A stretch of DNA of 64,000 nt from Malacoraja senta (Eukaryota), in the NCBI GenBank assembly GCA_038087875.1, contig CM075989.1, positions 22,880,001-22,944,000 on the forward strand, in the 5' to 3' direction. Shown in pieces: positions 26,065 to 37,590 of this stretch. Under the pieces are notes generated by a model. It did not search any database. It saw only the letters and a list, made by a program, of their open reading frames with translations, and had not been told where the DNA came from. Position numbers and translations under genes: made by a program. Within the stretch, counting starts at the first letter, position 1. Every line of letters starts with the position of its first letter.

Positions 26065-26840
26065 CATAGAAAAGTAGGTGCAGGAGTAGGCCATTCGGCC
26101 CTTTGAGCCAGCACCGCCATTTAATATGATCAAGGCTGACCATCCACAATCAGTACCCCTTTCCTGTTTTTTCACCCTATCCCTTGATTCCTTTAGCCCT
26201 AAGAGCTATACCTAACTCTCTCTTGAAAACATCCAGTGAATTGGCCTCCACTGCATTCTGTGGCAGAGAATTCCACAGATTCACAACTCTCTGGGTGAAG
26301 ATGTTTTTCCTCATCTCAGTCCTAAATGGCCGACCCCTTATTCTTAAACTGTGACCCCTGCTTCTGGACTCCCCCAACATCGGGAACATGTTTCCTGCCT
26401 CTAGCGTGTCCAATCCCTTAATAATCTTATATGTTTCAATAAGATCCCCTCTCATCCTTCTAAATTCCAGTGTATGCGTCCAATCACTCCATTCTTTCAA
26501 CTTGTGACAGTCCCGCCATCCCGGGAATTAACCTTGTGACCCTACGCTGCACTTCCTCAATAGCAAGAATGTTCTTCCTCAAATCTGGAGACCAAATCTG
26601 CACACAATACTCCAGGCGTGGTCTCACTAGGGCCCTGTACTACAGCAGAAGGACCTCTTTGCTCCTATACTCAACTCCTCTTGTTATGAAGGCATACATG
26701 CCATTCGCTTTTTTCACTGCCTGATGTACCTGCATGCTTACTTTCAGTGGCTGATGTACGAGGACACCCAGGTCTCGTTGTACCTCCCCTTTTCCTAACT
26801 TGACACCATTCAGATAATAATCTGCCTTCCTGTTCTTGCT
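26065..26840 (-). mobile_element. CR1 LINE 3' fragment
   Basis: LEFRRMRGDLIETYKIIKGLD...NLWNSLPQ, upstream RPxLEYCVQ region and UTR. Confidence 0.9.
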
Positions 26841-28230
26841 GGAATCTTGTTATTAGTCTAGGGTGCTTGCCCCTCTCCCTCATCACTGGTTTAAGTTGTT
26901 GCCACTTTCCATTGTCCGCTCTCTGCGAGGATGTTGGCTTTGATCCAACTCGGATGTAACCTGTTTTTTTTGGCCTGCTCCCCCGAGTTGCACAATGCAT
27001 CCTAATCTCTCGAACATGTGAAACCACTAAACTATCCACGAGACAACATACCGAGGTGTCTGATTTATTTCTTTTTAATCAGTCCAGCGAACAGCAAGCA
27101 TAATCCTGAAATTACTGCAGAAAAATACTTTATACCCATTGCACAAAGCCCCCATCCTGCCATCTCCCATCATCATTGATTTCTGCATGACTATTATTTA
27201 CAGCTTTGTTCTCACCCTATCTTTCAATGGTTTATTTTTATCCCACCTCACCATGTCTCAGCACTCGCTTTGCCTTCTGCGTGTAATTTGCCCAGCCTCT
27301 ATCATGTCTTCATTAAACAATGACAGATTCCTCGGGCAAGTCCTGCTGATACTCATTTCCTCCTCTCCTCCACAAATATTCATCCACTTCCTCCCCATGC
27401 GTCTTTATCACCTTCTCTTGCCTTGCGATGGATGGACATTCCACAAACACTTCCCCACGCCCAAAAACCTTGTCCGTCCAAATGTACAAAAAGCACACTT
27501 TGCAGTCACAGTCATAGACGTCATACAGCATTGCCCTTAATTGAATGATGGAGTAGACTCGATGGGACGAATGGCCCAATTCTGCTCATATGACTTATGA
27601 ATCCCTTCCTATCCATGTACCTGTCCAAATGTCCTTTAAGTGGATGTGGATCTACTGTGCAGGAAGGAACTGCAGATACTGGTTCGATTGTAACCATGTA
27701 TTGTGTTTCCGCTGACTGGTTAGCACGCAACAAAAGCTTTTCACTGGACCTGGGTTACACAGGACAGTAAACCACACTCAACTCACAAGATGTGTAGGCT
27801 TGTTGGTTAATTGGCTTCTGTAATTTGCCCCTAGGGTGTAGGATGCAAAACTGGGATAACAGTACTGGGGTATGGGTGATTGATGGTTGGCATAGGCACG
27901 ATGGGCCAAAGGGTCTGTTTCCATGCTGTATCTCTGAACATTTTCATGATGTTTATCAGCCAGTTTGGCACAGACTTTTACATAACTTATTTCATAATAA
28001 CACTTAATATAATTTAGATTATCTATTGCTGTTAAACCTGTAAATGATGTAATTTGTAACAATGTATTTTTAGCATGAAGCTGTTCTCAGAACCCACTCA
28101 AATTAATTTCAAATTGATGTACAATACACAAGTGGGAAGCGATGAAGTTCAAGTTTGACAATTCCTCCATCGGTCTTCACTAGTTTCCTCACAGGAATAG
28201 ACAGGGTAGATGCTACACAAAGTAAAGTTA

Positions 28231-28464
28231 AGGGCTTGTCCCACTCGCCGATATTTTCGGCGACTGCCGGCATCATTGATTGTCGTATCAGGTCACCGAA
28301 AATACGCGGCGGTGACGTGACGTGATGACGTATGACGCGCGGTGTTTTTTCAAGTGTCGTAACATTTTTTTGTCGCTGCTGGACTTTGAAATGTTCAAAA
28401 TCTTTTGGCGACACTGATATGACGCCGGCAGTAGCCGAAAAAATCGCCAAGTGGGACAGGCCCC
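28231..28464. mobile_element. Harbinger-like MITE
   Basis: TIR agggcttgtcccactcgccga / tcgccaagtgggacaggcccc, tta on both flanks. Confidence 0.8.
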
Positions 28465-28863
28465 TTACAGTTCAACAGTACGACGATCCTCCAGTGTTGC
28501 CATTTATAAATTAATGATCCCACTAGCTCATCTGGTCTTCCCTAAAAGGTTATATTACAGTAAATTTGGGAAATATCCTGCTACTTTGAAATTAGAAAAC
28601 CATAGGTAGAGAGAAAAAAAACATCAAATTTTCAGCTCCACTGCCATTAAAACCAATAAGAGCTCACTAACCACTTTATTGCCAATGCCTTTATACGTAT
28701 AGAAAAAAATATATATATATCTGAATAAATTAAGTAATTCACCCGTCTAATTTCATTCACCCCAAAATAATTTCATTCACCCTTGGGTGAACCATTCCCC
28801 AGTTTAAGAAGCACTGCTCTACATCACCGTCTGTATCTCTCGTTTCCCTATCCCCCGACTCTC

Positions 28864-28897
28864 AGTCTGAAGAAGGGTTTCGACCCGAAACGTCACC
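28864..28897 (+). ncRNA. Hammerhead-ribozyme-like core in a PLE pseudo-LTR (representative copy)
   Basis: CTGAAGA-A-GGGT(TTCG)ACCC-GAAA-CGTC. Stem I pairing is weak and activity is unproven. Confidence 0.6.
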
Positions 28898-30709
28898 TAT
28901 TCCTTCTCTCCAGAGATGCTGCCTGTCCCGCCGAGTTACTCCAGCATTTCTTGTCTACCTCCAGATTCCAAATAGAGGGATGTGGATCATGTGCAGGCAG
29001 GTGAGGTTAGTATAACTTGGCATTGTGTTTTGTACAGACATTGTGGGCCAAATGGCCTCTTCCTGTGTAGAACTATTCTGCTTTTTCACAGATCCATACA
29101 GCGTGGAAACAAGCCCTTCAGCCCAACTTTCCCACACCAACCAACATGGCCCATCTACACTAGTCCCACCTGCCAGTGTTTGGTCCATACCCCTCCAAAC
29201 CTGTCCTATCCATGTCCCTGTCCAAATTGTGATCGTACCTGTGTTTTATGTTGCACAGGTGTATCGTGGCATTTAATGCTAACTTGCCTCCATTTAAAGG
29301 CAAACTCAGGTGCAGAGTTGGGGAGAAAAGAGCAAGATCGATAAGGTTTTATTATTAATGTTTAATGTTTTATGTGTCATTCCAAACTGTCACTGTATGT
29401 CATGTTGTCACTTGCGGGTGGAGCACCAAGGCAAATTCCTTGTATGTGAATACTTGGCCAATAAACTTATTCATTCATTCATTCATAAACAAATTAGACT
29501 TGTTAACATGATCAGTGTAGATTGTAAGTAGACAAAAATGCTGGAGAAACTCAATGGGTGAGGCAGCATCTATGGAGTCTGAAGAAGGGTCTCGACCCGA
29601 AACGTCGCCTATTCATTCTCTCCATAGATGCTGCCTGACCCGCTGATTTCCTCCAGAATTTTGCATCTATATCCCAGCCAATCTCACACACCCTTCCAGA
29701 CATTGTCTCCCCCGTTTTAAGGATAATTATGGGAAATTGCAAATGCGGCAAATGAAAACATGGGCTTCAGCGCACTGAAGGAATTGACATCTGCTGCCGA
29801 ACAAGGCAAATAATGTAACAGGACATTGAATCACTGTCCACTTCCTCACCCGCCCTGGGAATTATTTTAGCCAGGGTTTATTGTTCATGTAATGTAATCG
29901 GCCTGTTGCAATCTCCCCTCTTCTGCCATTTCACACAGATCAACGGGGAAGGTGTCCTGCTGGGTTTCAATGGCCAGACTAAAAACAGATTATCATACAA
30001 CCCAGAAGTCTGCAAGTAGGTTGCCACCTTTTCTCATAACTGCATAACAAGCGGGAATGTCAGAGTCTAGACCGAAAGGTCATAGCCTCAGAATTACAGG
30101 ACGCTCTTTTAGGAAGGAGTCGAGGAGAAATTTCTTTCATCAGAGGGTGGTGAATCTGAATGAATAAGTTTATTGGCCAAGTATTCACATACAAGGAATT
30201 TGCCTTGGTGCTCTGCCCGCAAGTGACAACATGACACACAGTGACAGTTAGGAACGACACATAAGACATTAAACATTAATAATAAAACATTATTGATTAA
30301 ACATGTGAAATGTTGATTAAATCTGTGGAATTCTTTGCCGCACAAGGCTGTGGAGGCCAAGTCAGCGGTTATATTTAAGGCAGAGATAGATAGATTCTTC
30401 ATCAGAACAGGTGCCAGAGGTTATGGGGAGAAGGCAGGAGAATGTAGTTAGGAGCGAGAGATAGATCAGCAATGATTGAATGGCGGAGTAGACTTGATGG
30501 GCCGAATGGCCTAATTCTACTCCTATTCCTTATGACTGACTCCAATTTTACATCATTGGCTAGTAAGCAACGTGGGTCAGGGGGAGAAAAATCCTATTTT
30601 GATGGAAATGTTGGTGTACAAGTTTGTCCAACTTCCGTCAGATTATACTACTGTATTTGACAACACGTACAAAAAAACAGCAGCAATGTATTTGACGTTG
30701 TACACTTAC

Positions 30710-30840
30710 ACGCCAAAGCTTTCTTCTTGCTTCATGCTGTCCTTCCCACAGACTTCTACTTCCAGAATATTTGGCCTGTCGTTGAACAGATGGAGATGAA
30801 ACCTCTCTCTCCACTGAGGGTTTGCGCACTTGTACAGGGC
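30710..30840 (-). CDS. MCTP2: MCTP2 coding exon (131 nt): ALYKCANPQWRERFHLHLFNDRPNILEVEVCGKDSMKQEESFG
   Basis: cctctag acceptor, gtaagt donor. NPQWRE C2 motif. In frame. Confidence 0.94.
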
Positions 30841-30949
30841 CTAGAGGGGAGGAAATGGACAAGATTTAATTTAATGGCCTTTAAAACTGAGTGACCACAA
30901 ATGCTGAAGTTTAATAATTATCTGCAGATGCTGGTTTACACCGAAGATA

Positions 30950-31538
30950 GACACAAAAAGCTGGAGTAACTCAGCGGGACAGGCAGCATCTCCGGAGAGA
31001 AGGAATGGGTGACCTTTCGGGTCGAAACAGTTAATCTGTGGAACTCATTGCCACAGAGGGCTGTGGAGGCCGTCAGTTGATTTTTTAAAGGCAGAGGTAG
31101 ACAAATTCTTGATTAGAACGGGTGTCAGGGGTTATGGGGAGAAGGCAGGAAAATGGGATTAGGAGGCAGAGATCAGCCATGATTGAATGGCAGAGTAGAC
31201 TCGATGGGCCGAATGGCCTAATTCTGCTCCTATAATGTCACCATTCCTTCTCTCCAGAGGAGTAGAATTAGGCCATTCGGCCCATCGAGGCCACTCTGCC
31301 ATTCAATCATGGCTGATCTCTGCCTCCCATCCCATTTTCCTGCCTTCTCCCCATAACCCTTGACACCCATTCTAATCAACAATTTGTCTATCTCTGCCTT
31401 AAAAAAAAATCAACTGACGGCCTCCACAGCCCTCAGTGGCAATGAGTTCCACAGATTAACTGTTTTGACCAGAAAGGTCACCCATTCCTTCTCTCCAGAG
31501 ATGCTGCCTGTCCCGCGGAGTTACTCCAGCACTTTGTA
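30950..31538. repeat. Long inverted repeat of a PLE+CR1 composite (arms about 30950-31231 and 31258-31538)
   Basis: Arms are reverse complements, including the chimeric junction gtcgaaacagttaatctgtgg / ccacagattaactgttttgac. Confidence 0.9.
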
Positions 31539-31557
31539 TCTGCCTGCTGATACACAC

Positions 31558-31722
31558 CTTGCTGGTATACTGTTCATCTCCCAACCTGAACCTCACGTAA
31601 CGTTGCTCAGCTGCCCTCTCCTGGAGACCCTTGCCCTCAAACAGGGTGACGCCGACAATCTCGCTCCACAGCTGGCTCTTGCGAAGGGAATCGGACAAGC
31701 GGATATTTTGGATGAAGGTCGT
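31558..31722 (-). CDS. MCTP2: MCTP2 coding exon (165 nt): TTFIQNIRLSDSLRKSQLWSEIVGVTLFEGKGLQERAAEQRYVRFRLGDEQYTSK
   Basis: Pyrimidine tract with aag acceptor, gtgtgt donor. Conserved MCTP motif RLSDSLRKSQLW. Start of C2B. Confidence 0.92.
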
Positions 31723-32859
31723 CTTCAGCACACGGGCGGGCCAGGGGGGAAAGAAGAGAGATGGTTCGGACATTAGACCAAGTGCAATTCTTAAGTCCCC
31801 AACCAATACATACAAGAGCTTCATCAGTGATTTTACAATCTTGCTAATGGATTTTGTGTTCAGTTTAGTTTAGTTTAGAAAAGAAATACTACATGGAAAC
31901 AAGCCCTTCAGGCCACAATGACCAGCAATCCCTGCACATTAACACTATCCAACACTAGGGACAATTTACATTGTATACCAAGCCAATATACCGACAAGCA
32001 TCCATAGTCAGGATCGAACCCGGGTCTCTGGCGCTGTGAGGCAGCAACTCTACCGCTGCACCACCGTGCCGCACAATTATAGGGAAAATAATATTCACAA
32101 GAAAGGGGATACAAGGAACTACAGGTGCGGGTCCTAAAAAAGACAAAGTGTTGGAGAAACTCAGTGGGTCAGACAGCATCTCTAGAGAACATGGTTTAAT
32201 TTGGTTTAGTTTTTCGTCACGTGTATCAAAGTACAGAGAAAAGCTTTTGTTGCGTGCTAACCAGTCAGGGGAAAGACAATACATGATTACATTTGAGCCA
32301 TGAACAGTGTGCAGGTACATGATGAAGGGAACAAGGTTCATAATGTTTCGTGCAAGATAAAGCCAGTAAAGTCTGATCAAAGCTAGTCTGACAGTCTCCA
32401 ATGACGTAGATAGTAGTTCAGGACTGCTCCCTAGTTGTCATAAGATGGTTTAGTTCCCCGATAACGGCTGAGAAGAAACTGTCCCTGAATCTGGAAGGAC
32501 GATTCTGGTCAGAACCCTTCTTCAGACTCAACATAGTGTACAGGTGATCGCTGGTCGGCATGGACTCAGTGGGCCGAAGGGCCAGATTCCACGCTGTTTC
32601 ACTGTAAACTAATAATGGGCCAATCAACAAAAGTCCTCTCGTAATTTAAACTAAAAATAAAACGCTGGAAGCTCTCAGCAGGTCAGGCAGCATCTGTGGA
32701 GAGAGGAACAGCTAACGATTCAGGTCCGGGAGCCTTCACCAGAATGAAAAAGATACGACCAGCTACTGCAGATGAACCGGCCTGGGCACTGGCCCCAAAA
32801 GTGTTTCCTCCAATTGTAAGAGCACAATTCACAGGGAGGGGCTTCGTCTTCATCAGGTC

Positions 32860-33310
32860 ATAAGTGATAGGGGCAGAATTAGGCCATTCGGCCCATCAGG
32901 TCCACTCCGCCATTCAATCATGGCTGATCTATCTCTCCCTCCTAACCCCATTCTCCTGCCTTCTCCCCATAACCCCCCCCCCCCCGACACCTGTACTAAT
33001 CAAGAATCTACCTATCTCCACCTTAAAAATATCCATTGACTTGGCCTCCACAGTGGTCTGTGGCAAGGATGATTAATGTTTTATGTGTCATTCCTAACTG
33101 TCACTGTATGTCATGTTGTCACTTGTGGGCGGAGCACCAAGGCAAATTCCTTGTATGTGAATACTTGGTCAATAAACATTCATTCATTCAAAGAATTCCA
33201 CAGATTCACCACCCTCTGACTAAAGAAATTCCTCCCCATCGCCTTCCTAAAGGAACGTCCTTTAATTTTGAGGCTGTGACCTCTAGTCCTAGACTCTCCC
33301 ACTGGTGGAG
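32860..33310 (-). mobile_element. CR1 3' fragment with an inserted (ATTC)n-tailed element (33073-33190, +)
   Basis: The insert matches 29355-29485 (+) and 30158-30305 (-). Confidence 0.8.
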
Positions 33311-34593
33311 CCATTCCCAGAGTTAGGCTTCAAAGTGCCAAACACTGTCCCGCATCTAGCGTTGGAGAGCACTTGTGGATTTATACGTTAGTGTGGGCAG
33401 ATTAGGGGAGCTGCTCTTCAAAACAGGATCAAAGCAGCCCGCTGCGATCTGGTATTCACTGGAGATGAACAACAGAACAACTTCTGAAATATGTCAAAAG
33501 AAATCTACAGCCTGGTATGTCTAATTTTTTAATTGAGTGTTTATCTTGGACGCGACTTCTATCTGGTTAGTTCAAAAGTCTTCTCCTCTCGGCCCTATAA
33601 TGTTTGTGAAAGTAGACTGCAGAGCTTGCTGTTAACGGGGCTGTGGATCGCGGGGGTGGGGCGCGGGGGGGGGGGGGGAGAGGCGAGATTACTTCCATAT
33701 GCTGGAACTATACGGGAGTGAGAGAGGGAGGGAGGGAGGGGAATGCGGGCAAAGTCAGGCACTATCCAGCAGGTTGTCCCGTTACATCCATTGACTGCCT
33801 CCTCGCTGCCCCCCCCCCCCCCCTACATCTGCTCCAGGGCCGCTCGCGCTGGCGAACCACGTCTCTACCCTCGTCTCAAAAGAAAGTGAAGCCCTCCCTT
33901 CCCCCAGCCGACCCCTTCCCTCCCAGCTCACCATACGACCCCGGCTCTTTGAAGGTCTCGTGGGGGGGGAGGCGGACATTCTTATTTCTCAAGAGTGAGA
34001 CTTAACAGCAGAGCAGCCTTGAAATACACCAGAGAACCATCATGCAAGGCAAGGCCGGGATACTTTCCAGTCGCAATTTGATAGCCGGAAGACATGGGGC
34101 TCATTTTTACGTTTGAGAAGATACAGGTGACTTTTGTTTTTAATGGCAATGACCCCGTTTTAGTGAGGCCTCAAATAACCTTCAGACAAATCTCAGCTGG
34201 GGACCAGTCCATGGATTTGGAGTGAGTGTGCAGAGCAGGGTGTGCCTTAGCAAGCTGAAAGAGGGCTAACTTTCCCCCCCACCCCCCCTCCCCTCCACGA
34301 TGCAGTTCATAATGACAAGTGCAGTCAGATTCTCAACCTCTCTCAGTAACATTTCACCTCATTCTCATCAATCGAGCATTGGGGGCATCGTTTTACAATT
34401 TCTCTTCCCCACTGGGTATTTTTTTGTGATGGTACACGCCTTAGTTTAGTTTAGTTAAGTTTAGTTTAGAGATACAGACCCTTTCGGCCCACTGAGTCCG
34501 CGCAGACCAGAGATCCCCGCACACTAACACTATTCTACACACGCTAGGGACAATTTACAATTTTACCAAAGCCAATTAACCTACAAGCCTGTA

Positions 34594-35130
34594 CGACTCT
34601 CTCGAACTTCTACAGGTGCACAGGAGAGAGCATGCTGACCGGTTGCATCGTGGCTTGGTTCGGCAACTTGAGCGCCCTGGAGCGGAAAAGGCTGCAGAAA
34701 GTTGTAAACACTGCCCAGTCCATCATCGGCTCTGACCTCCCTTCCATCGAGGGGATCTATCGCAGTCGCTGCCTCAAAAAGGCAGCCAGCATCATCAAGG
34801 ACCCACACCATCCTGGCCACACACTCATCTCCCCGCTGCCATCAGGTAGAAGGTACAGGAGCTGAAATCTGCAACATCCAGGTTCAGCAATAGCTACTTC
34901 CCCACAGCCATCAGAATATTAAACACAACTTCAAACAAACTCTGAACTATAACAACCTATTGCACTTTATCTGTATATTTATGTGTGTGTATATATATAT
35001 ACTCTATGGTATATGGACACACTGATCTGATCTGTATTTATGCCTGCAATATTCTGTTGTGCTGAAGCAAAGCAAGAATTTCATTGTCCTATCTGGGACA
35101 CATGGCAATAAACTCTCTCGACTTGACTTG
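34594..35130 (+). mobile_element. Rex1/Babar-type LINE 3' end nested in a minus-strand V-SINE (34440-35282)
   Basis: LSNFYRC..ESMLTGCIVAWFGN...RLQKVVNTAQSIIG...LPSGRRYRS, then a (acttg)n tail. Confidence 0.8.
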
Positions 35131-37179
35131 AGAGTGTGGGAGGAAACCAAAGCACCCGGAGAAAACCCACGCAGGTCACAGGGAAAAGGCACAAACTCCG
35201 TACAGACAGCACCCATAGTCAGGATCGAACCCGGGTCCCTGGCGCTGTGAGGCAGTATCTCTACCGCTGCGCCACCGTGCGGCTACCATGTTAGTTTAGT
35301 TTATTGTCATGTGTACCAGGGTACAGTGAAAAGCTTTTTGTTTGCGTGCGACCCAGTCAAATAACAAACGATACACGATTACAATCACGCCGTCCACAGT
35401 GTACAGATAAACATTTAGTGCAAAGATAGAATATTGAATGGAAACTTCTAAAAAACTAAAAACCAGATTTAAATATGTTTTATAATTTTGAATGTCACAA
35501 AAAAATTACTAAAGTATACAAAGTATAATGTATTAATTCAAATAGGCTGTCGGCCATTAATTAGCTGATAGGACAATGATCTACCATAGATGCCAACATG
35601 TTCATAAGATCTAGGAGCAGAATTAGGCCATTCTGCCCATCAAGTCTACTCTGCTATTCAATCATGGCTGATCTATCTCTCCCTCCTAACCCCATTCTCC
35701 GGCCCCATAGCAGAAGCGTCCACGTCGCGGGGTTGGAAACTGGAAGTATCCTGAGCTAATTCTGCTACCACCATCATCTATTGCGACAAGTGATGGCTCC
35801 CACTGATTGTTGCCGGAAGCTTGCGTCCTTTTCAGGACGGACGATGACAGCGGGGTCAACGTTTGAAACATAGAAGATGGACATGTAAGAAGAAGACCCC
35901 ATCCTCCTGCCTTCTCCCCATAACCTCGGACACCCGTACTAATGAAGAATCTATCTATCTCTGCCAAAGAAATACCCATTGACTTGGTCTTCACAGCCGT
36001 CTGCGAAGTTCAGTGCGTGTACTGCCACCTCTTTATAAAACAAAACATTACACACTTCATTTTTCTTTTAAATCGAGTAACTTTCCATCCTGTAAAATAC
36101 TGGGGAAATAAAGGACTTGAATAAAGAACGTGCTGAGAGAAATCTTCTACCAACTTTCACTGGCTTAACTACCATCAGAGTTTCAAGCAGTCGGGAGGTT
36201 ATCGACACATGTTTAAACCATTAGGGAATGCGCAGTGTTTATTTATCCACACTGTAAAACCTGCCTCAGCCCGCGGTGGGATTTTAGCAGGCGGTGTATT
36301 TATTTCGGGTGGTGTAAATGGCAACTGGCCACTCCCTCTGGGCACTGACGGAGAGCACTGAGGCACTCGGGGCCTTTGCAAGGCTTGGAAGGGTCCAAAG
36401 CAACATCAAACTGAAGAGATAGACACAACATGCTGGAGTAACTCAAAGGGTGGTGGGTGTATGGAACAAGCTGCCGGAGGAGGTAGTTGAGGCTGGGACT
36501 ATCCCAGCGTTTCAGAAACAGTTAGACAGGTACACGGATAGGACAGGGTTGGAGGGATATGGACCAAGCGCAGGCAGGTGGGACTAGTGTAGCTGGGATG
36601 TGTTGGCGGTGTGGGCAAGTTGGGCTGAAGGGCCTGTTTCCACACTGTTTCACTATTACTCTAACTCAGTGGGACAGGCAGCATCCCTGGAGAGAACTAC
36701 CATCTTCACTGTCCTCTGATTAATTTTACTGACAATATGCCTCCCTGTCACCTTCCCCTCAGCTAACAATGGACTATTCTGTTTTCCTTGTCACAGTCTG
36801 CTTTGATCTGTCGTTTTCACACCTTACCCTACCATATCTCTAAACACCCTCTCCCGATTCTCAGTCTGAACCAGGGTCTCGACCCGAAACGTCACGCATT
36901 CCTTCTCTCCAGAGATGCTGCCTGACCCGCTGAGTATCTCCAACATTTTGTGTCTATCTTCTGTGCGTAAGCAGCATCTGCAGTTTCTTCCAACACATTC
37001 AAATTGAAGAGTTGTTTCAGCACGGTCTGTAGGTGAACCAGTGCATGCTTGAGCCTCCAGAACATATTGTGCAGATAAGCTATTATTTTAAGACCTGATA
37101 CACTATAGTCAAGTGTGGGCTGAAGCGCTGATCCCTTTAAGCGCACTCTAACTCCAAAGCCAACAAGTTTAACCAAGTG

Positions 37180-37590
37180 GGAGAGGTTGAGCAGGCTGGG
37201 TCTCTATTCCCTGGAGCGCAGGAGGACCAGGGGTGATCTTATAGAGGTGTGTAAGATCACGAGAGGAATAGATCGGGTAGACGCACAGAGTCTCTTGCCC
37301 AGAGTAGGGGAATCGAGAACCAGAGGACATAGGTTTAAGGGGCAACATTTAATAGGAACCTGAGGGGTAACGTTTTCACACAAATAGTGGTGGGTGTATG
37401 GAACGAGCTGCCAGAGGAGGTAGTTGAGGCAGGTACAATCGCAACGTTTAAGAAATATTTAGACAGGTACATGTATGGGACAAGTTTAGAGGGATAATTT
37501 CGGCCAATCGCAGGCAGATGGGACTAGTGTAGATGAGACATGTTGGTCAGCGTGGGCAAGTTGGGCCGAGGGGCCTGTTTCCACACTGCA
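37180..37590 (+). mobile_element. CR1 LINE 3' fragment
   Basis: ERLSRLGLYSLERRRTRGDLIEV-type sequence and HER1-like tail. Confidence 0.85.
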
